Assembly: GCA_963797015.1 (NCBI GenBank) | Contig: CAWCNV010000011.1 | Span: 4,505 to 68,504 of the forward strand | Origin: an uncultured Actinomycetes bacterium | Lineage (GTDB): Bacteria > Actinomycetota > Thermoleophilia > Solirubrobacterales > Solirubrobacteraceae | Reading direction: 5' to 3' | DNA length: 64,000 nucleotides | Shown: positions 47,074 to 55,723 of the stretch, one piece after another | How the letters are laid out: each line of letters opens with the position of its first letter | Position numbering within the stretch: position 1 is the first letter of the stretch | Made by a program: the position numbers and the translations under genes | The notes under the pieces: model-generated | Told to the model about the DNA's origin: nothing | The model's database searches: none | What the model saw: only the letters and a program-made list of their open reading frames with translations

Positions 47074-47975
47074 CCGTCCCCGCCCTTCGCGCCCCGCAGC
47101 CGCCCGCGAACCCTGCTCCCGAGCTTGTTGCCCTGCCGCAGCGGCTCGGTCAGGCGCCAGCTCGGCGTCCCGCGCAGCTCGGCCAGTCGCTCTTCGTGGA
47201 ACACCGCCGTCGCGTCGGCCTGAAGGCGCATCGACGACGCGAGCAGCCTTGCCGCGCCGGCGTCCGCCTCGGCGGCGCGGGCCCGGGCGCGCCACTGGTC
47301 CTCGGTCAGCTCGGCCCGGTCCCACTTCTCGGCCGCGGCGATGTGGGCGGCCATGAACGACTCCTCCTCCTCGAGCACGTCGAGCGAGTGGTGGTGGGCG
47401 ATCTTCAGATCGGCCGCGACGACCTTGCGCCCCGCCGCCCGCGCCTGCGCGCAGAGGTCGAAGTCGTGACCGTAGATCGGGCCGAGCGACTCGTCGAAGC
47501 GCAGGTTGCGGACCGCCCACGGCGACAGCGCCAGCAGCACGCCGTAGACGCTGTCGACCGGGCCGGGCGCGCGCTCGGCGCCGTCGTCCGGCCACGGAAC
47601 CTCGCCGCCGCCGAGCTCCTCGTAGCGGTACGTGACCGAGTTCCGGGTGACGGTCCCGTCCCACCACGCGATGCTGCGCACGCCGGTCGCGCCGACGCAG
47701 CCGACGATCGCGACCTCGGGATCATCGAGCTCCCGCCGCAGCTTCGCGCACAGTTCGTCGTCGACGATCTCGGCGTCCTCGTGGACCAGTATCAGCGCCT
47801 CGAGCTCGGGCAGCTCCGCGGCGCGATCGAGGATCAGGTTGTAGGTCCGCGGCACGGTGCCCGCCAGCGAGAAGGCGAACACGCGCGAGTCGCGCTCGGA
47901 CGCGCGCTCGACGCCCACCTGGGCGCAACGCCGGTACGCGTCCTGGTCGTCGATCGATGAGCCGAAGGCGATCAT
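47070..47975 (-). CDS. glycosyltransferase-like (GT-A fold) family protein, paralog 1
   Basis: 301 aa reading MIAFGSSIDDQDAYRRCA...LILVHEDAEIVD...GHDFDLC. C-terminal helical region ends in PSWRLTEPLR. Paralogous to 48067 and 49062. Confidence 0.65.
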   Translation of the reverse strand: MIAFGSSIDDQDAYRRCAQVGVERASERDSRVFAFSLAGTVPRTYNLILDRAAELPELEALILVHEDAEIVDDELCAKLRRELDDPEVAIVGCVGATGVRSIAWWDGTVTRNSVTYRYEELGGGEVPWPDDGAERAPGPVDSVYGVLLALSPWAVRNLRFDESLGPIYGHDFDLCAQARAAGRKVVAADLKIAHHHSLDVLEEEESFMAAHIAAAEKWDRAELTEDQWRARARAAEADAGAARLLASSMRLQADATAVFHEERLAELRGTPSWRLTEPLRQGNKLGSRVRGRLRGAKGGDG

Positions 47976-48066
47976 GGGCGGTCGGCGATGTTAGGCGAGT
48001 CGGCGTGACGCGGCTCGGGGACCGCGATCGGCGACGGACGTGCCTGACTACACTCGCACGCCCCAA

Positions 48067-49065
48067 ATGATCGCTTTCGGGTCTTCGATCACCTCAGAGG
48101 ACGTCTACGCGCGGTGCGCCGAGCCCGGGATCCGGCGGGCGTCCGAGCCTGACAGCGCTGTTCTGGCCCGGCCGGCCAGCGGGACCATCTTCGCGAGCTA
48201 CAACCACGTGCTCGACGAGGCGGCCGAGCTCGACGACCTGGAGGCGCTCGTGCTGCTGCACCAGGACGCCGAGATCGTCGATCCGCGCTTCTGCTCCAAG
48301 CTGCGCGAGGCGCTCGCGGACCCGGACGTCGGCGTCGTCGGCTGCGTCGGCGCGATCGGGGTGCGGAACATCGACTGGTGGGACGGCTCGATCACCTGGG
48401 CGTCGTTCAGCCACCGCTACCCGGAGCTCGGCGGCGGGGAGCTCCCATCGCTGACCTGGGACGACGACGACCTTCCGCCCTTCGGTCAGCTGGGCGAGGT
48501 CGACACCGTCGACGGCTTCGTGCTCGCGCTGTCGCCGTGGGTCGTGCGCAACGTGCGCTTCGACGAGTCGCTGGGGCATTCGCTGCACGGCTACGACTTC
48601 GACTTCTGCCTGCAGGTCCGGGCGGCGGGCCGCAAGATCGCGACCGCGGACTTCAAGCTGATCCACCATCACTCGCTCGTGCTCGGGAGCGACCTCGACC
48701 AGTGGGCGCGCGCGCACGTGTCCGTCGCGGAGAAGTGGGACGGGAGGATGCCGGACGTCGGGGTCGCGCCCGGCGACTGGAAGCAGCGTGCCCGTCGCGC
48801 CGAGGCCGACGCTGCGATGTGGCGGGCGCAGGAGAAGAGCTGGCGGCTCAAAGTGGCCGCGCTCGGCGTTCGCCACCAGAACGAGCAATCGCTGATGACG
48901 ACCTCGATCGGCTGGCGGCTGACCGCGCCGCTGCGCCGGGTCCAGGCGCTTCGTCGCACGCGGCGCGCGGCGCCGGCTCCCGCGCGCGACTCCGGCGGGG
49001 ACGCGTCGGGCACGGTCATCGGGCGCAGGCTCCGGCGCCCGAGGCCGACCGAGCCCGAGCAGTGA
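48067..49065 (+). CDS. glycosyltransferase-like family protein, paralog 2
   Basis: 332 aa reading MIAFGSSITSEDVYARCA...LVLLHQDAEIVD...HGYDFDFCLQ...IGWRLTAPLRR. Confidence 0.65.
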   Translation: MIAFGSSITSEDVYARCAEPGIRRASEPDSAVLARPASGTIFASYNHVLDEAAELDDLEALVLLHQDAEIVDPRFCSKLREALADPDVGVVGCVGAIGVRNIDWWDGSITWASFSHRYPELGGGELPSLTWDDDDLPPFGQLGEVDTVDGFVLALSPWVVRNVRFDESLGHSLHGYDFDFCLQVRAAGRKIATADFKLIHHHSLVLGSDLDQWARAHVSVAEKWDGRMPDVGVAPGDWKQRARRAEADAAMWRAQEKSWRLKVAALGVRHQNEQSLMTTSIGWRLTAPLRRVQALRRTRRAAPAPARDSGGDASGTVIGRRLRRPRPTEPEQ

Positions 49066-49976
49066 TCGCGTTCGCGTCGTCGATCACCAAGCAGGACGTC
49101 TACGAGCGCTGCGCCGAGCCGGGCATCCGGCTGGCGGCCGAGCCTGGAAGCGCGGTCCTCTCGCTACCCGCCGCCGGATCGATCTTCGCCAGCTACAACC
49201 GGCTGCTCGACGAGGCGGCGAAGCTCGATGAGCTGGAGGCGCTCGTGCTGCTGCACCAGGACGCGGAGATCGTCGATCCGCGCTTCTGCTCCAAGCTGCG
49301 CGAGGCGCTCGCGGACCCGGACGTCGGGGTCGTCGGCTGCGCCGGCGCGGTCGGGGTGCGGAGCATGGCGTGGTGGGAGGGGTCGATCACGTGGGCCTCG
49401 TTCAACCATCGCTACGAGGAGTTCCGCGGCGGGGAGTCTCCCTCGTACACGTGGGGCGAGGGGAATGCTCCACCCTGGGCGCACGTGGGGGAGGTCGACA
49501 CGGTCGACGGCTTCCTGCTGGCGCTCTCGCCGTGGGTGGTGCGCAACGTGCGCTTCGACGAGTCGCTCGGCCAGCTGCTGCACGGCTACGACTTCGACTT
49601 CTGCCTGCAGGTGCGCGCGGCGGGCCGCAAGGTCGCGACCGCGGACCTCAAGGTCGTCCACCACCATCCGATCTTCGGGAGCGACCTCGAGCAGTGGGCG
49701 CGCGCCCACGTGACGGTCGCGGAGAAGTGGCACGGCAGGATGCCCGGGGTCGGAGACGCGCCCGGAGGCTGGGAGGAGCGGACACGGCGCGCCGAGGCCC
49801 AGGCGGCCGCCCTGCGCGCAGACGCGATCGGCTGGCAGCTGAAGACCGCTGCCCACACCGCCCGCTACCACCGCGATCTCGCGGTGATCAAGACCTCGGT
49901 CGGCTGGAAGCTGACGGCGCCGCTGCGCGGGCTTCAGAAGCTTTGGCGCCGGGCCCGCCCCAAGCCGCGGCCGTAG
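49062..49976 (+). CDS. glycosyltransferase-like family protein, paralog 3
   Basis: GTG at 49062 forms a GTGA overlap with the paralog 2 stop. 304 aa reading VIAFASSITKQDVYERCA...LVLLHQDAEIVD...HGYDFDFCLQ...VGWKLTAPLRG. Confidence 0.65.
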   Translation: MIAFASSITKQDVYERCAEPGIRLAAEPGSAVLSLPAAGSIFASYNRLLDEAAKLDELEALVLLHQDAEIVDPRFCSKLREALADPDVGVVGCAGAVGVRSMAWWEGSITWASFNHRYEEFRGGESPSYTWGEGNAPPWAHVGEVDTVDGFLLALSPWVVRNVRFDESLGQLLHGYDFDFCLQVRAAGRKVATADLKVVHHHPIFGSDLEQWARAHVTVAEKWHGRMPGVGDAPGGWEERTRRAEAQAAALRADAIGWQLKTAAHTARYHRDLAVIKTSVGWKLTAPLRGLQKLWRRARPKPRP

Positions 49977-50032
49977 CCGGCGGCGCACCGTGACCGCCCC
50001 AAGCCGCGGCCCAATCCGGCGGCGCACCGTGA
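49955..50032 (+). repeat. 39-bp tandem direct repeat x2 spanning the paralog 3 stop codon
   Basis: 49955..49993 and 49994..50032 are identical except for a 4-nt block (GTAG vs CAAT). The TAG stop of paralog 3 lies in that block of copy 1. Confidence 0.85.
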
Positions 50033-50047
50033 CCTAGGCTGGCGCGC

Positions 50048-50821
50048 ATGTCCGCGCCGCGCCTGCCTCCCCACGTCGCGGCCCTCGCCGGCGAGCTCAC
50101 CAGCCTGCCCGGCGCGCTCGCGGTGGTCCTCGGTGGCTCGCGCGCCACCGCGACCCATCGCCCCGACAGCGACTGGGACCTCGGCGTCTACTACCGGGGC
50201 TCACGGCGGCCGCTCGACCCCGAGGACGTGCGCCGGCTCGGGCACGAGGGCCACGTCTCCGAGCTGGGCGAGTGGGGACCGATCGTCAACGGCGGCGCGT
50301 GGCTCCAGATCGACGGCACGCCGATCGACGTCCTGTTTCGCGACCTCGATACCGTCGAGCGCGAGATCGACGAAGCGCAGCGAGGCCGGTTCGAGGTCGT
50401 GTCGCAGAACGGCTGCATCGTCGGCGCGCCGACCTACTCGCTCGTCGGCGAGCTGGCGCTCTGCCGGCCGCTCTCCGGCGAGCTTCCGCGCCCGAGCTTC
50501 CCAGATGCCCTTGCGGCGGCGGCGCCCGAGCGCTGGAACGGGCGCGCCGCGGTCGCGCTGATGTTCGCGCAGATCCATGCCCGCGCAGCCGACACCGTTT
50601 GCTGCGCTGGGATGCTCGTCCACGCCGTCCTGTGCGCCGCCCACGCACGGCTGGCGGCGCGCCGCGAATGGGTCCTCAACGAGAAGGGCCTCGTCCGGCG
50701 CGCCGGGCTCGAGGCGGCTCAGCGCCTGCTCGCCGCGCCGGGGACGACGAGCGAGGAGCTCGCCGCCGCCGGCGCGGCGGTCAGCGCGGCCGTCGGCGTT
50801 TCACCGCTCGCGCCGCGCTGA
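50048..50821 (+). CDS. nucleotidyltransferase-domain protein with a C-terminal helical domain
   Basis: 257 aa. Pol-beta-type NTase motif VLGGSRATATHRPDSDWDLGVY (GS...DxD). Confidence 0.75.
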   Translation: MSAPRLPPHVAALAGELTSLPGALAVVLGGSRATATHRPDSDWDLGVYYRGSRRPLDPEDVRRLGHEGHVSELGEWGPIVNGGAWLQIDGTPIDVLFRDLDTVEREIDEAQRGRFEVVSQNGCIVGAPTYSLVGELALCRPLSGELPRPSFPDALAAAAPERWNGRAAVALMFAQIHARAADTVCCAGMLVHAVLCAAHARLAARREWVLNEKGLVRRAGLEAAQRLLAAPGTTSEELAAAGAAVSAAVGVSPLAPR

Positions 50822-50838
50822 CCCGCCGCGCCGGTCCC

Positions 50839-51519
50839 CTACCGGGCCGTGGACGCTTCGCCGCCGCGCAGGTAGAGCGCGGCGCTCAGGATCAGGACCC
50901 AGACGGGCAGGCCCCAGAACTCGACGACCCAGAGCGGCGTGAACCCGGCCACCCCGACGAGGATCGCCAGCCACCCCAGCGCCCGGGGGACGAGGGAGGT
51001 GCGGACCACCACGGCGCCCGACGAGATCATCATGAGCCCGAATCCGACGGCCATCGGGGTGCCGAAGTCGATGCTCAGGCTCGACAGCGTCTGCGTGACC
51101 TGCGGGGCGACGTGGCCCGCGGTGTCGGCGGCGGTGAACGTGATGCCGACGTTGGTCAGGGTCCCCGTTGCGGCGATGACGATCCCCGCGAAGGCGAGCC
51201 GCGCGAGGGGCTCGCGGCCCCCATCGGCGGCGCGCAGCGCATCGCGCAGGACCGTGCCGAACCCGACCAGCGCCCCGGTGGCGACGGCGAAGATCGCCGC
51301 GGCCACCATCTGCTTGTCGGAGTGGCTCGACCAGTAGGCGACCGCCTTGGCGGCCGACGCGTCGGCGCCGGGCTGATCGGCGCTGAGCGGGAAGGCGACG
51401 AAGAGGCCCAGCACCGAAAAGGCTCCGAGCACCGCTCCGAGGGCTCCGCCGCCGAAGCGCGCGCGTGCCCTGCGCCGCTTCGGGGCCGTGCTCGGAGCGG
51501 CATAGACCTGGCTTGACAT
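50839..51519 (-). CDS. integral membrane protein (about 6 TM), function unknown
   Basis: ATG at 51519 with AAGGAGGAG upstream. Contains repeated hydrophobic helices. Lies downstream of, and is co-oriented with, the two-component genes. Confidence 0.6.
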   Translation of the reverse strand: MSSQVYAAPSTAPKRRRARARFGGGALGAVLGAFSVLGLFVAFPLSADQPGADASAAKAVAYWSSHSDKQMVAAAIFAVATGALVGFGTVLRDALRAADGGREPLARLAFAGIVIAATGTLTNVGITFTAADTAGHVAPQVTQTLSSLSIDFGTPMAVGFGLMMISSGAVVVRTSLVPRALGWLAILVGVAGFTPLWVVEFWGLPVWVLILSAALYLRGGEASTAR

Positions 51520-51607
51520 GGCTCCTCCTTTGGATCGCTTGACCCATCCGACGCTATGGGCGCCCGCGCCGCCGGGCATCGGCGCTGCCGCTCGAAGCGG
51601 CTAAGCG

Positions 51608-52261
51608 CTAGCGCTGATCCTGGGTGGCGCCGAGGTGCGCGAGCACGGCCAGCACGCGGCGGTGGCCGTCCTCGCGCTCGGGCAGGTCGAGCTTCATCAG
51701 CACGTGGCGGACGTGGGCCTCGACCGTGCGCTCGCTCAGGAACAGGCGCTTGGCGATGCCGGTATTGGTCAGGCCCTCGGCCATCAGCTCCAACACCTCG
51801 CGCTCGCGATCGGAGAGCTCGGCGAGCGGACCGTCGCGATCCTGCGGCGCGAGCAGCCTCGCCACCACCTTCGGATCGAGCGCCGATCCGCCCGACGCGA
51901 CGCGCTCCGCCGCCGCGAGGAACTCGCCGACGTCGAGCACGCGGTCCTTCAGGAGGTAGCCGAAGCCGCCCAGCGTGACCAGCTCGACCGCGTGCGCCGT
52001 CTCGATGTGCTGGGAGAGAACGAGCACGCCGACCTCGGGATGGGCCTGCTTCACCTCCCGTGCCGCCCGTGTCCCCTCGTCGGTGAAGCTCGGCGGCATG
52101 CGGATATCGGCCACCACCAGGTCGGGACGGTGGCCCGCGACCGCGGGCAGCAGTCGCTCGGCGTCGCCCATCGACGCGACCACCTCGTGGCCGCCGTCCG
52201 CGAACAGCCGCGCCAGCCCTTCGCGCAGCAGGACCTGGTCCTCCGCGATCAGGACGCGCAC
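51608..52261 (-). CDS. two-component response regulator, NarL/LuxR family
   Basis: Receiver MRVLIAEDQVLLREGL...LVVADIRMPP. LuxR HTH LSDREREVLELMAEGLTNTGIAKRLFLSERTVEAHV. Confidence 0.92.
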   Translation of the reverse strand: MRVLIAEDQVLLREGLARLFADGGHEVVASMGDAERLLPAVAGHRPDLVVADIRMPPSFTDEGTRAAREVKQAHPEVGVLVLSQHIETAHAVELVTLGGFGYLLKDRVLDVGEFLAAAERVASGGSALDPKVVARLLAPQDRDGPLAELSDREREVLELMAEGLTNTGIAKRLFLSERTVEAHVRHVLMKLDLPEREDGHRRVLAVLAHLGATQDQR

Positions 52262-54273
52262 GGCAGCTCCGCGGTGAGAGTGGTCCCGCGCCCCCGGGGG
52301 CTCTCGAGGCTGAGCGTCCCACCCTGTGCGACGACGCGGTCGGAGAGGCCGCTCAGTCCCGACCCCTCACCCTCCGCGGCGCCGCCGACGCCGTCGTCGG
52401 CGACCGACACGACGAGCGTTCCATTGCGCTGAGCGGCGCTGAGAACCACCTTCGAGGCCTGCGCGTGCTTGACCGCGTTGGTGAGCCCCTCGCAGGCGAT
52501 GAAGTAGGCGGCGGCCTCGACGCCGTCCGGAAGCCGGACGGAGGTTGCTCGGACCTCGACGGGCAGCGGCGCGCGATCGGCGAGCTCGCGCAGGGCGGGG
52601 GCCAGCCCCGCGTCGAGCTGCGCCGGAGGCAGGCCGCGCGCAAGCTCGCGCAGCTCGTCGATGGCCAGCCCGAGCTCGGCAACGGCCCCGTCGAGCGTCT
52701 GATCGACGCGGCCGGGCGCGCGGTCTCCGAGCTCGTGCTGGGCGTGGCGCACCGCGAGCCCGATCGTGACGAGTCGCTGCTGCGCCCCGTCGTGCAGGTC
52801 GCGTTCGATCCGCCGCCGCTCCTCGTATCCGGCGGCGACGATCCGCGCGCGCGAGGCCTCGACCTCCGCGAGCTGCCGGCGAAGAGCCACTCGCAGGCGG
52901 GCGATCTCGATCGCGAGCCCGCCCGCCTCGACGAGCTTGGGGAGGAGATCCTCGTGCTCGGGGCTGGCCGGCTGGTGGAGGACGATCCCGAGCGGCGCGC
53001 CCGCGCGGCGGATCTCCGTTCGCCGGCGCCCGTCGTCGGGAGCGTCGCCGGCGGGCATGCCGCGCGCGTCCACATAGAGCTCTGACTCGGGGAGGAAGAA
53101 GCGCAGCTCCAACCGCGGGTCCGAGACCAGCTCGCGAAGCAGGTCCTCGATCGACTCAGGGACCGCGCGACCCGCGCGCAGGTCCTCGAGGAAGCCGTGT
53201 ATCCGCTGCAGCGCGTCGTAGCGCGCGCGGTTGAAGCGCCGGTCGACCGCGTCCTGGACGCGCGCGCGCAGGGGGCGGAAGGCGATCGCCGCGGCGAGCG
53301 TCGCGCCGGCCGTCGTCCACGCCGAGCCTCGCCCGAGCGCCGTGCCCAGTAGCAGCGCGGTGATGGCATAGGCGGCGGCCAGCAGGACCGTCAGCGCGCC
53401 GTAGACGAGCGTGCGGTTGATGACGACGTCGATGTCGTACAGCCGGTAGCGCCGGATCGCGACGCCGGCCGCCACGGGGAACGCGGCGAAGGTGAGGCCG
53501 AGCAAGCCGATGCGGATCTGTAGGTGCCCCTCCGGCCAGATGAACCAGCTGCACATGTCGAGCAGGACGGCGGTCGAGACCAGCGTGCCGACCGTAAGCA
53601 CGAGCTTGAGCTGCTGGCGCTGGATGCCTCGCGCGCGGCGCAGCCGGACCGCGAGCGAGACCGCGCCCAGTCCGATGCCGATCACAACCAGGTACCAGCC
53701 GGCCTGGTTGATGGCGAACATGGCCGAGCGCGTTCCCGAGATCCCGAACGGGTTCGAGGCAACCGCGAACGGCTCGTCGAACCGGCCGGGACGCAGGCCG
53801 TCGCCGAGCACGAGCAGTACGAGCCCCAGCCCGAGCGCGGCCGCCACCGGTCGCCAGCGCCGGGAGGGGAGGCGCCCGTCCGGGAACAGCAGTATCGAGA
53901 CGCCCAACATGGCGGCGATCGCCTCGGATGGGAACCACGCCGCGACGGTCGCGCCGGGCAGCCGTTCGGCCGTGGCGTGCAGGCCGTAGTTCGCGTACTC
54001 GTAGAACAGAATCGAGGCTGCCGTGAGGAGGCCGGTGATGCAGAAGACCCAGCCGATCCGGTTGTCCGGCACCCGCGAGGAGACGATCGCCCCGACGGTC
54101 ACGAAGGCGAGCGAGAGCACCATGAACGAGAGCCCGCCGAAACCGCCGAAGAGGTCGTCCTTCACGGGACGGCCGGGGCCGAGCGCCAGGAGCACCAGGC
54201 TCGGGATGACGATCAGGACGCACAGCGCCAAGGCCAGCGCGGCGACGCGGCGGGCCTTCAGCACCGAGGCCAT
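52249..54273 (-). CDS. sensor histidine kinase (multi-TM sensor, HisKA_3 + HATPase_c)
   Basis: 674 aa with about 8 N-terminal TM segments. H-box ERRRIERDLHDGAQQRLV. ATPase blocks ACEGLTNAVKHA and DDGVGGA. 13-nt overlap with the regulator gene. Confidence 0.9.
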   Translation of the reverse strand: MASVLKARRVAALALALCVLIVIPSLVLLALGPGRPVKDDLFGGFGGLSFMVLSLAFVTVGAIVSSRVPDNRIGWVFCITGLLTAASILFYEYANYGLHATAERLPGATVAAWFPSEAIAAMLGVSILLFPDGRLPSRRWRPVAAALGLGLVLLVLGDGLRPGRFDEPFAVASNPFGISGTRSAMFAINQAGWYLVVIGIGLGAVSLAVRLRRARGIQRQQLKLVLTVGTLVSTAVLLDMCSWFIWPEGHLQIRIGLLGLTFAAFPVAAGVAIRRYRLYDIDVVINRTLVYGALTVLLAAAYAITALLLGTALGRGSAWTTAGATLAAAIAFRPLRARVQDAVDRRFNRARYDALQRIHGFLEDLRAGRAVPESIEDLLRELVSDPRLELRFFLPESELYVDARGMPAGDAPDDGRRRTEIRRAGAPLGIVLHQPASPEHEDLLPKLVEAGGLAIEIARLRVALRRQLAEVEASRARIVAAGYEERRRIERDLHDGAQQRLVTIGLAVRHAQHELGDRAPGRVDQTLDGAVAELGLAIDELRELARGLPPAQLDAGLAPALRELADRAPLPVEVRATSVRLPDGVEAAAYFIACEGLTNAVKHAQASKVVLSAAQRNGTLVVSVADDGVGGAAEGEGSGLSGLSDRVVAQGGTLSLESPRGRGTTLTAELPCAS

Positions 54274-54496
54274 CTTGACCGCGAGCCTCTCATCTTCCCG
54301 CGGTCATGGTCCCAGCGCGGGCTCCGGTCGGCAACGGTGCTGGCACTGGCGCGGCTCAGTGCCAGCACTCGGTCAATCGAGCGCGCCGGCCGGTGGGCCG
54401 ATCGTCGCGCAGCAGATCGAGGATCCGCCGTCGTCCACGCTTGACGCGCGCCCGCCGCAGTGGCACGGTCAGCGCGTCGTCGAGAACAGGGGAGAG

Positions 54497-55723
54497 GTGC
54501 ACGTGAGTGAGGACTGGGATGCGATCGTCATCGGCGCGCGCTGTGGGGGATCGCCCACGGCGATGCTGCTGGCGCGCCAGGGCTACAAGGTGTTGCTGGC
54601 GGACAAGGCCACGTTCCCGAGCGACACGATCTCGACGCACCTCGTGCACCCGCCGGGGGTGGCCGCGCTGGACCGGTGGGGACTCCTCGAGCAGCTGAAG
54701 GCGACCGGCTGTCCACCCGTCCCGCGGTACTCGTTCGACTTCGGCCCGCTGACGATCGCCGGCACTCCTGCGCCCGCGGACGGCGCGGAGGTGGCGTACG
54801 GCCCGCGGCGCACGGTGCTCGACAAGCTGTTGGTGGACGCGGCGGCCGAAGCCGGCGCTGAGGTCCGCGAGGGGTTCACGGTCGAGGAGGCGATGGTCGA
54901 GGACGGCCTCGTGACCGGCATCCGCGGTCACGCCAAGGGCGGCGCGACGGTCACCGAACGCGCCCGCGTGGTGGTGGGGGCGGACGGCAAGCACTCGCTC
55001 GTGGCCAAGGCAGTGCAACCCGAGCGCTACAACGAGAGCCAAGTCCTGACGCCGGCCTACTACGCGTACTGGAGCGACCTGCCGGCGGACGCCTTCGACA
55101 CCTACATCCGGGCGGAGGACGGCCGCGGCTGGGCGGCCATACCGACGCACGACGAGCTCACGTGCGTGGTCCAGGGCTGGCCGCGATCCGAGTTCGAGAC
55201 CAACCGCAAGGACATCGAGGGCAACTACATGAAGTCGTTCGAGCTCGCGCCGGAGTTCAACGAGCGGATCGGTCGCGCCACGCGCGAGACGCGCTTCGTG
55301 GGGATGAGCGATATGGCGGGCTACTTCCTGAAGCCCTACGGCCCGGGCTGGGCGCTCGTCGGCGACGCCGGGTACCACAAGCACCCGATCACGGCGTTCG
55401 GGATCACCGACGCGTTCCGCGACGCCGAGGCGGTGGCGACGGCGCTCGACGACACGTTCGCCGGCCGGCGCTCCTACGAGGAGGCGATGGCCGGCTACCA
55501 GCGCGCCCGCGACCAGGAGGCGATGCCGATCTACGAGTTCACCAACGACTTCGCGAAGATCGAGCCGCCGCCGCCGGAGATGCAACAGCTCATGGGAGCG
55601 ATGCAGGGCAACCAGGAGGCGATGGACGGCTTCGTCAGCGTCATGGCCGGCACGCTCCCGGCGCCGGAGTTCTTCGGCCCCGAGAACGCGGGGCGCATCA
55701 TGGCCCAGGCGGGCGCGGGCTAG
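54497..55723 (+). CDS. FAD-dependent oxidoreductase/monooxygenase (geranylgeranyl-reductase-like fold)
   Basis: GTG at 54497 or 54503 after AGGGGAGAGG. Contains DAIVIGARCGGSPTAMLLARQGYKVLLADK (GxGxxG-type) and LVGDAGYHKHPITAFGI. Confidence 0.82.
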   Translation: MHVSEDWDAIVIGARCGGSPTAMLLARQGYKVLLADKATFPSDTISTHLVHPPGVAALDRWGLLEQLKATGCPPVPRYSFDFGPLTIAGTPAPADGAEVAYGPRRTVLDKLLVDAAAEAGAEVREGFTVEEAMVEDGLVTGIRGHAKGGATVTERARVVVGADGKHSLVAKAVQPERYNESQVLTPAYYAYWSDLPADAFDTYIRAEDGRGWAAIPTHDELTCVVQGWPRSEFETNRKDIEGNYMKSFELAPEFNERIGRATRETRFVGMSDMAGYFLKPYGPGWALVGDAGYHKHPITAFGITDAFRDAEAVATALDDTFAGRRSYEEAMAGYQRARDQEAMPIYEFTNDFAKIEPPPPEMQQLMGAMQGNQEAMDGFVSVMAGTLPAPEFFGPENAGRIMAQAGAG

